From a plasmid, in sequence record NZ_CP025492.2: a DNA stretch of 64,000 nucleotides. One strand, written 5' to 3'. This document shows, in pieces, positions 32,242 to 42,293 of this stretch. The position numbers and the translations under genes are program-made. The notes below the pieces were generated by a model. That model made no database searches and had not been told where the DNA came from. It saw only the letters and a list, made by a program, of their open reading frames with translations. The stretch's first letter is position 1. Each line of letters begins with the position of its first letter.

Positions 32242-32430
32242 GCTGTTCTCCTATGTTTTTACTATTGGTCACTAAGACAAGAACAGTATAACAAGTGCAT
32301 CTTAAAATATCAACATTTGTAATAAATAAAGTTTATAAAGAAAATTTATAAATAATTTTGACCTTGGGTCGGTTTTTTGCGATACTGTATTTGTTCCTTG
32401 AGAACAATAGTAAAAACATAGGAGAACAAC

Positions 32431-33234
32431 ATGTTACCAGTATTATCAAAAGATAAATTATTCAAATTAGCGCCATCCATATTCACACAAGCCAGCTCTT
32501 ATAAAACGAGTACCAAGTACTCGCCCATTTCAACCGAGCAAATCATTGATAAATTAATGTCAGAAGGTTTTTTCCCCACTTGGGCAACCCAGACCAAAAG
32601 CCAGAACCAAGAAGCGAAAGTATTTGCAAAACACATGCTCCGTTTTCAACGCCATGATGTCCTGCAAAATAATCAGGGGCTTTATCCCGAATTGGTTCTT
32701 ATTAACTCTCATGATGGTTTGTCTTCTTATCGCTTAATGGCGGGTCTTTTTCGGGTTGTGTGCAGTAATGGAATGATCGCTGGACAAGCGTATAACGAAA
32801 TTAGAATTAAACATCAGGGGGATGTTCTTGGGAATGTCATTGAAGGCACCTACAAAGTGATTGAGACAGCAAATAACATGCTTGATGTATCCGATGATAT
32901 GGCTTCCATTCACTTGAATGACGATGAAAAAATGATTTTTGCAGAAGCTGCTCACTCACTAAAATTCTCTGATACAGAGGGGGGTATTATCGTTAATCCT
33001 AAGAGTTTATTGCAACCAAGGCGTTATGTAGATCAAAAAGATAATGATTTGTTTACCGTGTTTAATGTCCTGCAAGAAAACTTAATTAAAGGTGGGATCC
33101 GTGGCCATCGTTTAAATAAATACGGTTACACCACTCGAACCAAAACCAGAGAAGTAAAAGCCATTGATCAAAATGTGAAATTAAATCGTGCGTTATGGAC
33201 TCTTACTGAAAAAATGATGGAAATAAAAAGATAA
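32431..33234 (+). CDS. DUF932 (phage/plasmid-like, TIGR03299-type) protein common in ICE cargo
   Basis: Motifs (INSHDGLSSYRLMAGLFRVVCSNGMIAG) are typical of DUF932. It is divergent from the 31918-32241 gene and has a strong RBS (aggaga). Confidence 0.55.
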   Translation: MLPVLSKDKLFKLAPSIFTQASSYKTSTKYSPISTEQIIDKLMSEGFFPTWATQTKSQNQEAKVFAKHMLRFQRHDVLQNNQGLYPELVLINSHDGLSSYRLMAGLFRVVCSNGMIAGQAYNEIRIKHQGDVLGNVIEGTYKVIETANNMLDVSDDMASIHLNDDEKMIFAEAAHSLKFSDTEGGIIVNPKSLLQPRRYVDQKDNDLFTVFNVLQENLIKGGIRGHRLNKYGYTTRTKTREVKAIDQNVKLNRALWTLTEKMMEIKR

Positions 33235-33317
33235 GCAGGCATTGATGAGCAAAGGAGTATTCCTTTGTTCATCATTCTACGGATGACAAGCAAATCAATC
33301 AATTTTAAAGGACAATT

Positions 33318-33581
33318 ATGAAATTAAGATTATATCATGGACGCAATACCCCAGAACAAGAAATGGATGATTGGGGATTTGAAGGCGCAACCCTTAATGA
33401 TGTTGATGTGATTATATGGACTTATGGAGTACCAAGGATCTTTTTTGTTACTGAGAGCGCATTGAAGGAGGCCATGGATTTAACGGGGTGGGATGAATTA
33501 GGGAATGGTTTAGAAATGTGCGTTTATGAGGATTTAATCAAAACCAAAGAGGGATACTTTGGAGATTGGGAATTACTTTGA
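33318..33581 (+). CDS. Hypothetical small protein (87 aa)
   Basis: ORF with an RBS (aaggaca), downstream of the DUF932 gene. Confidence 0.3.
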   Translation: MKLRLYHGRNTPEQEMDDWGFEGATLNDVDVIIWTYGVPRIFFVTESALKEAMDLTGWDELGNGLEMCVYEDLIKTKEGYFGDWELL

Positions 33582-33885
33582 ATTGCAAGAGGTGTTTTTT
33601 GCTAGTCTTTATGCCTCATCTTGTTAGTTTTATACCTTGAATATGCTTTGATAATTAATAGAATGTTGATTGATAAGATCACCAAATAATAAAAAATTTG
33701 GTGATCTAAAATAAGAACATCCAATTTGTTAATGATTACAGTTAAAGAGCTCTTTATGTAAGAAAAAATAGCTTTACTATTTATCAGAAAAACAATGAAT
33801 AAAAGAAACGCCAACTTCCGTTTAATTAAAGAAAAACATAAGACTATAGAATGTGCTTTTATTTGAAGAGATCGAATATTCATTT

Positions 33886-34590
33886 TTAGGATAATACCCT
33901 ACCTGACACAAGTGCGACTGCTTCTAAAGGTATGATTTTCGACTCATCATCAGCACACTTTATCTCGCTAATTTTTGCGACTATTTTCCCTGATTTATAA
34001 TCAGTTTTTAAAATGGAATCAGAGATTGCGGTGCACGAAATGGGGTTGATATTTATTTTAAACTGTAATTGATTAGGACTATCAGAATCATGAAAGGGAG
34101 CGATGACAAATGCACTAAAAATTTTGCCCATAGGTATGGATTTTGATTCCTTAATCTCCGGTGTTGAAAATTTAAATTTTTTGATGACTACAACTTCCCC
34201 CATCTTGCTTGATGGCACATAAATTTTTTTTGATTCTGAGGTAATTTCTTTTTTATGTTCAGACAGTAATTTGAGATATTCATTCTTATTAATAAAAGCG
34301 ACAGGGATGAGCCAATCCATAATAGCAATTACTGCCTTATCCAGAAAAGTTGGCTCAACACCTCGATTTTTCGCGGCAAGTTCGGATAACTCTTTTATAG
34401 TAATATAGGTTTGTTTTTCTTTCTGCTCTAGTTTTGATTGGACTGAATAAGAGTGAAAAACAAATATGCTAATAATAGCTATGGGTACTATGTATTTACA
34501 CGTTTTTTTAATACTGTTTTTCACTTGAATATCCTTTTTTAAATTGATTATGCTAAAGTTAATTTTTTCTCTTTTCTGTATTGCTTCCAT
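33886..34590 (-). CDS. Hypothetical membrane-anchored protein (single N-terminal TM, periplasmic C-domain)
   Basis: Hydrophobic segment (IVPIAIISIFVF). It overlaps the upstream RHH ORF by 43 nt, so the two are probably an operon. Confidence 0.4.
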   Translation of the reverse strand: MEAIQKREKINFSIINLKKDIQVKNSIKKTCKYIVPIAIISIFVFHSYSVQSKLEQKEKQTYITIKELSELAAKNRGVEPTFLDKAVIAIMDWLIPVAFINKNEYLKLLSEHKKEITSESKKIYVPSSKMGEVVVIKKFKFSTPEIKESKSIPMGKIFSAFVIAPFHDSDSPNQLQFKININPISCTAISDSILKTDYKSGKIVAKISEIKCADDESKIIPLEAVALVSGRVLS

Positions 34591-34757
34591 TCTTTGTCTT
34601 TAGAGAAAATCATCGTAGATGATTCTTCAAAAAAATGGCTAATGTTATCAATACCAGCCCATAAGCAGTATTCTTTTATTTCTGAGTAAATATCTTTACT
34701 GATTTCGATCTTAATTTTTTCAGTTTCAGGTGCTTTTCTTGCGCTGATTAAAGCCAT
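34548..34757 (-). CDS. Small ribbon-helix-helix-like DNA-binding protein
   Basis: Pattern: beta-strand (IKIEIS), helix (KDIYSEIKEYCLWAG), turn (IDNIS), helix (HFFEESS). Confidence 0.35.
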   Translation of the reverse strand: MALISARKAPETEKIKIEISKDIYSEIKEYCLWAGIDNISHFFEESSTMIFSKDKEWKQYRKEKKLTLA

Positions 34758-34793
34758 AATAAATCCTCAATTTAATATAAAAATTAGTGTCTT

Positions 34794-35096
34794 TTAATAA
34801 CGATTGTTAAATGGATCATAATTGCTGCTATTGTACGTTGAATAATGATGATAATCATTATTCCAATAATTGTCTCTATCGGATGCACTGGAACCAAAAG
34901 AATTTCCCATGCTGTCTAAAGCTCCAATCATTGGTAATCCTGTAGCAGGATTAATTTCTGTATTATTTGATTTGGAGCAAGAACGAAAAGAATTCTGTTT
35001 AGCATACTTTGCTTTTTCATTTTCAGTCCATTCGCTATATGGTCGAAAATGAATGATTTTAGCAATTTTTTTCAGAATTTTTTTTAATATGCCCAT
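34794..35096 (-). CDS. Small hypothetical protein with an Asn/Tyr/Ser-rich C-terminus
   Basis: Start taken at MGILKKILKK. Low-complexity tail (NYWNNDYHHYSTYNSSNYDPFNNRY). Confidence 0.3.
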   Translation of the reverse strand: MGILKKILKKIAKIIHFRPYSEWTENEKAKYAKQNSFRSCSKSNNTEINPATGLPMIGALDSMGNSFGSSASDRDNYWNNDYHHYSTYNSSNYDPFNNRY

Positions 35097-35329
35097 GATA
35101 TAAATATCCCTGTTCAGTGACACGATTATAGATAAGAGAATCCGTGAATCACAAGTACGCAATTATTATGCGCTTCCCAAAATATTAATTTAAATAAACT
35201 ATACTAAAATGGCCAGTGAAACACACACAAAAAAAGCAAAACCAAATAAAAAAGAACACACCCCTCGCAATGTTTATTGCTTAAAACATTTTATTATTAT
35301 TCAGTAGCTTACGTGCGGATTGGCATTTT

Positions 35330-35520
35330 AAGATCTGCTAACACCCCTATTTTATATAGGTGTGCATCCACTCTTTAATAATAATCAATAAGTTATAAAA
35401 TATCAACACCTAATCCACACCTATTGAATGAGTAAAAAATATCTATTGAACGAATATACACACCTATTCGACACCCATTATTAAATGATACAATTATTCT
35501 AAACCAGGTAAAAACAATGC
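35330..35520. promoter_or_regulatory. Candidate oriT / relaxosome-binding region: imperfect inverted repeat plus direct repeats
   Basis: Inverted repeat cacccctatTTTATAtaggtgtg (about 35340-35365). Iterated CACCTATTGA / CACCTATTCGA / ATCTATTGAACG motifs (35410-35480) lie immediately upstream of the RHH gene, on the opposite side from traI. Confidence 0.3.
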
Positions 35521-35555
35521 ACAGAACCTGCATTATAAATTTAAAAGAGGATTGT

Positions 35556-35924
35556 ATGCCCAAGGCTTATTGTTATCTAAATCAAAGAATCATTGATCAG
35601 CTCGAAACAATTAAAAAAGATGAAGGACATGATTCATCATCCCAAACCATGAAAGAAATGATCGAATTAGGAATTAAGGTATACCTACACAATAAAGATA
35701 ATCCAGTAATCAGCGAAGATGAAAAAAGACGCTTAGAAAAAGAGGAGGAATTGAATCGTCAACACACGACTCATCTTTTAAGATTACTGGGAATAAGTGC
35801 TGATATTTTTCGCTGTGTTTATGATAAAAATAAACTTTCAGGTGAATCAAATAATGCCGAAGAACATATCGCAGAACTTAAGAAGAAAGTAGATAATTTC
35901 ATTGAAGGATATATCAATAATTAA
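35556..35924 (+). CDS. RHH-type relaxosome accessory / transfer-regulatory protein (TraY/MobC-like). Start taken at MPKAY.
   Basis: N-terminal RHH-like region (KAYCYLNQRIIDQLETIKKDEGHDSSSQTMKEMIELGI). It sits between the putative oriT and traI. Confidence 0.4.
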   Translation: MPKAYCYLNQRIIDQLETIKKDEGHDSSSQTMKEMIELGIKVYLHNKDNPVISEDEKRRLEKEEELNRQHTTHLLRLLGISADIFRCVYDKNKLSGESNNAEEHIAELKKKVDNFIEGYINN

Positions 35925-35989
35925 GTTAGTATTAATGGTATTTACCAGTTAAATTTAAAAATAATATGGCTTATTTTAAGCTTCAAATT

Positions 35990-36412
35990 TTACTCTGAAT
36001 AAGTCATTAATTGTTTCATCTGGAAATATGTTGTCAATCCAATTAAAGCAAATGCCACTAATGAAATAGCCAAACTACCATAATAAAATAGTTCATTCCC
36101 TTTAGGAAAATGAACTATTCGATCAATGTATATGATAAACATAAAATACAAGAACCAGATTAAAAATAAACATAAAGTCAATCCATTTTTTACATTAAAA
36201 TAATAGCAATGAATACGACTTAATATTGCTAAAACCATAAAAATTGGAAACGATATAAAGTAAAAAATCATTTGCATTCCAGATGGCTCATAAGCAACCT
36301 GAAGCAGGTTATTCACTTTGGTGGAGCACGCTATTGAAACATAGAGATAAATGAGGTAGACCGATGATCCATTTATCAATAAAAGAGAAATTACTCCAAA
36401 CATTTTTTTCAT
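35990..36412 (-). CDS. Hypothetical integral membrane protein (4 TM) downstream of traI
   Basis: Hydrophobic 140-aa ORF, 32 bp after the traI stop. Confidence 0.4.
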   Translation of the reverse strand: MKKMFGVISLLLINGSSVYLIYLYVSIACSTKVNNLLQVAYEPSGMQMIFYFISFPIFMVLAILSRIHCYYFNVKNGLTLCLFLIWFLYFMFIIYIDRIVHFPKGNELFYYGSLAISLVAFALIGLTTYFQMKQLMTYSE

Positions 36413-36444
36413 ATAAAATTCCTAGATGCACTGCGTTCAAGTAA

Positions 36445-39400
36445 TTAATATATTTCCATTTCTCCTCGCTGCAGGGTTTTCAGTTTCTCAATTGGATTAT
36501 TTTTATTTTCAGGAAGTTCGAGATTCATTTGTCGAGAAATGCTCTCAAGACACTTCTTAATTTGATCTTGATTCATATCTATTTTATTAGGGCAGCCAAT
36601 AAATTTATCGACATTCGTTGCTTTATTTAATATATCTACCACTCCTTGAACCCCACTGCTTTTATTCACATCATTAAAGTCTTTTTGATGTAACGGAATG
36701 GCAATTTCTACAGTTTTTCCATGCTGTTTTAATCGTTCAATGGTTTGAATGATTACCTTATCTTCTTTAATTGATTTGCCATCATTATCCATACAAATGA
36801 CTATTTTATCTGTAAGTAATGCCATATCGATATTTACAAAATTTTCTTTCCCAAGAGTCGCTATAACCCGTTCATTTTGAACTGCATCTCTAACGCTTAA
36901 TCCGGTTTCCACCCCTTCTGTAATGTAGGTGACACTTTCATGTCCTTTACCCTCGCTTAAAACGACGCCAACGCCTGCTTTTGAGCCATAAGATTTCTTG
37001 GGTTTTATCTTCATTATTGCTTTATTTGCTGTTTCATTATCCAGGTATACCACTTCAACGCAGGCCACTTTATTGTCTTTGTCTCGTGCAATATTTAACA
37101 GTGCTGGCCTGTAGCGTACTTCCTCAGTATCTTTGGTATAGACATTAGGATGAAATCGAATATTTTCCCCAGATACATTATGTATCTTTCTAATTTCTTT
37201 TAAATACCTTTCTGCTATAGTGCCTGATATAGGTTTGGATTCTCGCACCAATTGCAAACCATAATCTGATGTTTTTCTTTTCTTATCAGTGTCTTTCACT
37301 TGAAAATTATTGGGGTTTTTGTTTGCTATTTTAATACGTTCCTTTAGGTCATCACCTGTTAATTTGGCGGCATATTCAAGGCTTTCTTTAAAATTTAGAT
37401 TCAATGTTTTTTGGATCAAATGAAGCATGTTTCCTTTTTCTTGTGTTTCAAAGTTATGCCAAACTCCTCTTTTTTCTCCGCTTAAACAGAGGCTTAAGCT
37501 GCCGTGAGTACCATATCGATATTCTGTTTTGGAAGAAAGCGCTTGATTAGGCTGCCCTAGCAATGATTCTATTACCAGCTCTGCCTGCTCGGATAAGTGT
37601 TGTGACAGCATATTCGCATCATAACGAGGCTCCTGGTTCTTCATTATGGGCATTCTTTGCGCTGCTTTGAGTGATGTTGATGGTGCATTGGGTATTGGGG
37701 GCTTTGTTTGGACATTCAGATGGTTAAGTGATTCCAATGCAGAAGTTTTCTCAGGAGTAACGCGAAGTTGTTTTTGCAGCTTTTTATGATCGTCTGTATA
37801 AATCATTGCCTGCAAGGAGCCTCGCGTTACCATAATATAAAACGACCGCAGGTGATTTACTTGCGCATTTTTAGTCTCAGCAACCCCAATAACAAATGGG
37901 GATGAAGCTCCTTGAATTGAATAGCTGGTAGCCGTATAACTATAATCCCAATGGGAGTCGCTCATCAATTTTTTTTGCAGCACGTGTTCCACACCACTAC
38001 TGTCTTTTACGGTAAATGACTCATTATTTACCGCCGTCACCTGTACCCTTTCATTAGCGAATCGACCTAGAGTCTTATCGGATTTTTTAAAATGAATTTT
38101 TTCACCAACTGAAACCCTTCCTGGCATCGATTGAAACAATTCAATTTTCCAGTCTTTATTTTCTTTTTCAGGAACAAAGAGGCATTTATTTCCTTTCGCA
38201 TCGTTTAATACTACCACTTTCGCTGATTCATCTACTGAAACCACTTTGAAATAGTGCTCCGCTTTCTTTAAAAAATACTCCTCTTGCTTTTTTAAGCAAT
38301 CCCGATATGTTTCGCAATAATAAAGCTCTGCAGTAGTGTAATTAGTGCTTAACAGTCTCGGAAATTCTTTGTTTTCGGAGCCTAAAGTAGATTCTTTCAT
38401 AAGGGCATCTCTTATCAAACCATTTGCAACTTCCCGTTTTTTATTTTCATGAATGATAACAATCGTGTTATCACGGCATGATGGTGTACGAGATAAATAA
38501 TCTCCTACAGCCATTTCGATGGGGTTCTTTTGCTTTAATTCTTCCTGGAATGGATCTATTGATTGCTGTTGTGTGTTTTCCAGTTGCAGGTAGTCTTTGG
38601 TCGAATCGCCTGTTTCAATAATTGAAGAGGTAATGCTATGGTAAGGACTATCCGCTTTAGTGCGGGTGATTGAGTCTAAGGGTTGATTGGCTAACTGAGC
38701 TAAGGCCTTGTCAATATCACCGGCGATTAATGTTTCGATTGCTTTTTTGTATTCGATAACTTGTTGTCTTACCAAATCATCCATACAGGCCACCCTGATG
38801 CTTCCCTCTTGAATTAATATCTTACTTGGCTTACCGCTTTCAATACTTTGATGTTGGCTAATATCGCCAAGCATTGCACAACGAGCGCCAGAATGATGAA
38901 TTTTTTGCATGAGGTTTGCGCAATCTCGATTAGAGACCATGGATGATTCATCGATAAGAACAAGTGTTTTTTTGCTTAATGTCGATTCCTGTTCTTGTTC
39001 AATAAGGAAACTCTTTAATGTTTGGGCTTCAATTCCCAGAGCCCTCATTTCTTTTACAGCCTGGTGAGTGGGCGCAACCGCAATTAGTTCAACCTCTTCA
39101 TGAGTCATTGATTGGGCATGCTTGATGGTATCAATAGCACTGCGAGTCATGGTTGTTTTTCCAGTTCCTGCATACCCCTGAATCATAATAAACTGATCGG
39201 ATGTAGTCGTGATTAACTCACAAGCTTCTTTTTGGCCTTTGGTAAGATCTGTCAGTTCTAGTTGTTTTTGCGCTTCATCACTGCTCATCAATGGCTTAAG
39301 AATGTTAATACCCGCTTTAACATTCTTTATAATCGATTCTTCAAATGCCACCGCTTCTTTGGTGGTCAAAAACTCGTTCCCTCCAGATATTAAGTCGCCA

Positions 39401-42279
39401 CTGTTTATGGCATTACCCAGGACGTTATCTATTTCATTAAGACCTGCTTTTCCAATAGCCTGATGAACGGCCACTTCAAGTAAATCTGATCGAGTAAAGG
39501 CTGCCTCTCGTTCTGAAAGGTGAGCAATTGCAAAGTGCAGCGCTTTTTCCGCATCACTTTTTTGGGGTTTTTTAGCGGTTAATAGGGTTAAGGCCTGCTC
39601 TAGTGAACTGAGTAGATCACTCGTGGTTCTATGGTCAATAATCTGTGCACCATGATTTGTTTTGGCGGCATCCAAAGTCAGCGATATCGCGGAGGATTTT
39701 GTCGCACTTTTCATGGCAAATCGATTTGCCTTGTCCACATTATCCGTAATAATCATTACGTTTTCTTTACTGGATTCGCATAAAAGCGACATGGTATTTT
39801 GTTTGAGCGCATAGGCTGGCAGTGTCATAATGGTTTGTTTCACGGGTTTAAGATCATCGGAATACATGGTTTTGGCATAGGCATGGCTCAATGGGAAATG
39901 CTTTTCGTTACTCGTGATAAGATGAATGCTTCTTTTCCCATCTCTTATTTTTATTCCATGTCGGGTAAATGCAGTAACCTCATATTGGTTTCCTATTTTT
40001 AATCCTTCAAAGGATAAACTGGCAGTGGCCACTAATTGATCCCCGATTCCTACCGATAAAGGTGTTTGTTCATAAATCTGCATGGAATCTGTAATATTTT
40101 TAGCAGCAAGTAGTGATCTTGCCCCATTGGAATTACGAACAATCAATTGATTGTCTTTTTCATTAATACCGAGTACCGTGAATTTTTTTGATTCCGTACG
40201 GGTGTTATGGATTAATATCCAATTGGACTGATAACTTTTAGCCAGTTTTTTTTCACTGAGGGTCAAGGGAATACGGGTTAATGTATTTATAGTCTTTTCA
40301 TCTGATGAAATCTCTCCCTGCTCTTTTAACTGAGTACGGATTGCTTCATTGACTTCTTTAGCTTCGAGCTTTGAGACAGTAAAGACTTTTGTATTTTGCC
40401 TCTGGATTACTGGCAAGTTACAGTACATTTGCGCTGTTTTAAGAATACGTCCCTCAACGGTTTGGGCTTCTATAAGATTGATGCTGGTGGCCGGCACCTT
40501 TCTGTCATCAACCTCAAATGATTTTATACAGGCTTTATCAAGCAAGTCGGGAATATCGGATTTAAAGCCAGACAGAGATTGTGATTTTTCCAGAAAAATG
40601 ACCTTGGCACATCGCTTATCGGCAATAGATAATAAAGTATTCATCTCGTCAGGAGCCAGGCGCTGTGCTTCATCCACAATCAGTACTTCGCGCTCCTTTT
40701 TACTATGAAAAAAGGGCAATTTATGTTCTGAACCATGACGATAATTAAAGCCTGCTACTGTTTCACACAAATCCTGTTTCCCAATAGATAAAATCCATTG
40801 CCACAGTGTAGGCGCTGATTTGGCCATATCCTTATTGATTGTATTGGCAGAAAAAGCAGAGGGACAAAGGATACGAATTATTTTGGAATCCTGTGAATAA
40901 TCAATTAAAGTACTTAAAAGCTCACGCGAGGTAGCGCTTTGCTGCTTGATGCGTACAACTCCATCTTTATTAAATAAGGCTTGAGTTACTGCCTTTTGAA
41001 TGGACTCATTATCGGTGAGTTTGCACACTTTATCCATATTTCGTTCGATGCCTTTTTTTTGGTGTGTGAAGTTCACGATTTTTTTTATGAGCTCTTGTTC
41101 TTTGTTAATGAGCTTACTCGTTGTAAAAGAGGAGTTTTCTGCATTAAGAGCAATCAGATTTTGTGCATCAATTTCTTGATCAATCCGTGACATCAGCGCT
41201 TCAAAGCCCTGTTCACCTAAGGAAAAATAGAGACTTGTCTGTAACACTTCCTGATAGGTAAATGTAAGTTTTTTCTCTTCTAAATGCGCAATTGCATCAA
41301 GAACACTTCTATCGAGTTCTTGATTATTGGACATGGCTTCTTTAGGCGTATGCGATTCTTTGGTTTTATCCTTTAAAGTGGCCAGATAGGTGGCAGGATT
41401 TACTCCCAGCGCTTCACTTTCTGCTTTCCATCGCATGCGTAATTCCTCTGGGGAAACCACTTCCTTTGACTTTCTTGAATCCAGAGTTGCTCTGTCATAT
41501 GCTTTTAACGAATTTGAGTGCATCCCTTTAATGTGTTCTTCAACCTGGGTACGGCGTTTAGACATTCGTTCCAGCAATGTCTTATCAAAATGTTTGATTT
41601 CAAATAAACCATGGGCATCGCCTGTATGTTCTATTTCGAGCCCCATTTCTTTTAAACCAAGAGCAATTTCAGACCGGTACACAAGCCCTAAAAAGATTTG
41701 GTTGTCCATAATCCATTCCATAGTGCCGTGATTACGACTGATATCAGAGGCTAAAGCACGCCACTTGCCATCAAGACGTTCAGTAAAATTCATCAAAAGT
41801 GCATGCACATGGAGCTGAGGATCAAGCTCTCGGGAGGTGTCATGGAGGATGGTCGCAAAACACAGATTGCCAGTCTTTTCATACTCCATACCCTCTTTTC
41901 CTGATTTGCGTGCTTCGGCAGCTTCCTTCTCAATGAGTTTTAATACCGTTTTTACGGCATTTAAATGCAAATCAATAAACTCTTTATGGCCACAAACCAA
42001 ACCAAGATAGGACACCGATTTAGGCGCGGAGAAGGTCAGATCATATCCGCCACGATGCTTGATTTCGCCGGATTGGGTTTTGAGGCCAATGACATCGCCG
42101 CTCGGTAATGCACCACGAACAACGGCCTCAAGGGATAGTACGTTAACCTCTCCAGAAAGGTTTTGTCGCTCAGCACTTAACCCCACCCATTCGGTGGTCA
42201 ATTGATTTGAAAAGTAATAATTTTCCTTATCAAAATAATAACCTGGCATTTTAATCGGTTTAACTCGCAGACTTAACAT
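36445..42279 (-). CDS. traI: TraI: MOBF relaxase plus SF1 helicase, with a C-terminal Toprim/primase-like domain
   Basis: N-terminal TrwC/TraI relaxase (YY...HDTSRELDPQLHVHALLMN), central helicase (GYAGTGKTT Walker A) and a C-terminal Toprim-like domain (YITEGVETGLSV...VICMDNDGKS). Confidence 0.9.
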   Translation of the reverse strand: MLSLRVKPIKMPGYYFDKENYYFSNQLTTEWVGLSAERQNLSGEVNVLSLEAVVRGALPSGDVIGLKTQSGEIKHRGGYDLTFSAPKSVSYLGLVCGHKEFIDLHLNAVKTVLKLIEKEAAEARKSGKEGMEYEKTGNLCFATILHDTSRELDPQLHVHALLMNFTERLDGKWRALASDISRNHGTMEWIMDNQIFLGLVYRSEIALGLKEMGLEIEHTGDAHGLFEIKHFDKTLLERMSKRRTQVEEHIKGMHSNSLKAYDRATLDSRKSKEVVSPEELRMRWKAESEALGVNPATYLATLKDKTKESHTPKEAMSNNQELDRSVLDAIAHLEEKKLTFTYQEVLQTSLYFSLGEQGFEALMSRIDQEIDAQNLIALNAENSSFTTSKLINKEQELIKKIVNFTHQKKGIERNMDKVCKLTDNESIQKAVTQALFNKDGVVRIKQQSATSRELLSTLIDYSQDSKIIRILCPSAFSANTINKDMAKSAPTLWQWILSIGKQDLCETVAGFNYRHGSEHKLPFFHSKKEREVLIVDEAQRLAPDEMNTLLSIADKRCAKVIFLEKSQSLSGFKSDIPDLLDKACIKSFEVDDRKVPATSINLIEAQTVEGRILKTAQMYCNLPVIQRQNTKVFTVSKLEAKEVNEAIRTQLKEQGEISSDEKTINTLTRIPLTLSEKKLAKSYQSNWILIHNTRTESKKFTVLGINEKDNQLIVRNSNGARSLLAAKNITDSMQIYEQTPLSVGIGDQLVATASLSFEGLKIGNQYEVTAFTRHGIKIRDGKRSIHLITSNEKHFPLSHAYAKTMYSDDLKPVKQTIMTLPAYALKQNTMSLLCESSKENVMIITDNVDKANRFAMKSATKSSAISLTLDAAKTNHGAQIIDHRTTSDLLSSLEQALTLLTAKKPQKSDAEKALHFAIAHLSEREAAFTRSDLLEVAVHQAIGKAGLNEIDNVLGNAINSGDLISGGNEFLTTKEAVAFEESIIKNVKAGINILKPLMSSDEAQKQLELTDLTKGQKEACELITTTSDQFIMIQGYAGTGKTTMTRSAIDTIKHAQSMTHEEVELIAVAPTHQAVKEMRALGIEAQTLKSFLIEQEQESTLSKKTLVLIDESSMVSNRDCANLMQKIHHSGARCAMLGDISQHQSIESGKPSKILIQEGSIRVACMDDLVRQQVIEYKKAIETLIAGDIDKALAQLANQPLDSITRTKADSPYHSITSSIIETGDSTKDYLQLENTQQQSIDPFQEELKQKNPIEMAVGDYLSRTPSCRDNTIVIIHENKKREVANGLIRDALMKESTLGSENKEFPRLLSTNYTTAELYYCETYRDCLKKQEEYFLKKAEHYFKVVSVDESAKVVVLNDAKGNKCLFVPEKENKDWKIELFQSMPGRVSVGEKIHFKKSDKTLGRFANERVQVTAVNNESFTVKDSSGVEHVLQKKLMSDSHWDYSYTATSYSIQGASSPFVIGVAETKNAQVNHLRSFYIMVTRGSLQAMIYTDDHKKLQKQLRVTPEKTSALESLNHLNVQTKPPIPNAPSTSLKAAQRMPIMKNQEPRYDANMLSQHLSEQAELVIESLLGQPNQALSSKTEYRYGTHGSLSLCLSGEKRGVWHNFETQEKGNMLHLIQKTLNLNFKESLEYAAKLTGDDLKERIKIANKNPNNFQVKDTDKKRKTSDYGLQLVRESKPISGTIAERYLKEIRKIHNVSGENIRFHPNVYTKDTEEVRYRPALLNIARDKDNKVACVEVVYLDNETANKAIMKIKPKKSYGSKAGVGVVLSEGKGHESVTYITEGVETGLSVRDAVQNERVIATLGKENFVNIDMALLTDKIVICMDNDGKSIKEDKVIIQTIERLKQHGKTVEIAIPLHQKDFNDVNKSSGVQGVVDILNKATNVDKFIGCPNKIDMNQDQIKKCLESISRQMNLELPENKNNPIEKLKTLQRGEMEIY

Positions 42280-42293
42280 AATTTATTCCTCTA

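Noticed and set aside
33602-33883. 93-aa 'membrane' ORF
   Set aside because: It has extremely AT-rich low-complexity sequence (Ile/Leu/Lys/Asn runs), no RBS and overlaps likely terminator/promoter space, so it is probably spurious.
36445-42279. Many internal or antisense ORFs within traI and other tra genes (for example 39209-39463, 40349-40708, 41390-41731, 45318-45800, 48424-48797, 53008-53468, 55903-56231)
   Set aside because: They are fully embedded in long, well-supported tra CDSs on the opposite strand or in another frame, have no RBS or domain signal, and are typical shadow ORFs.
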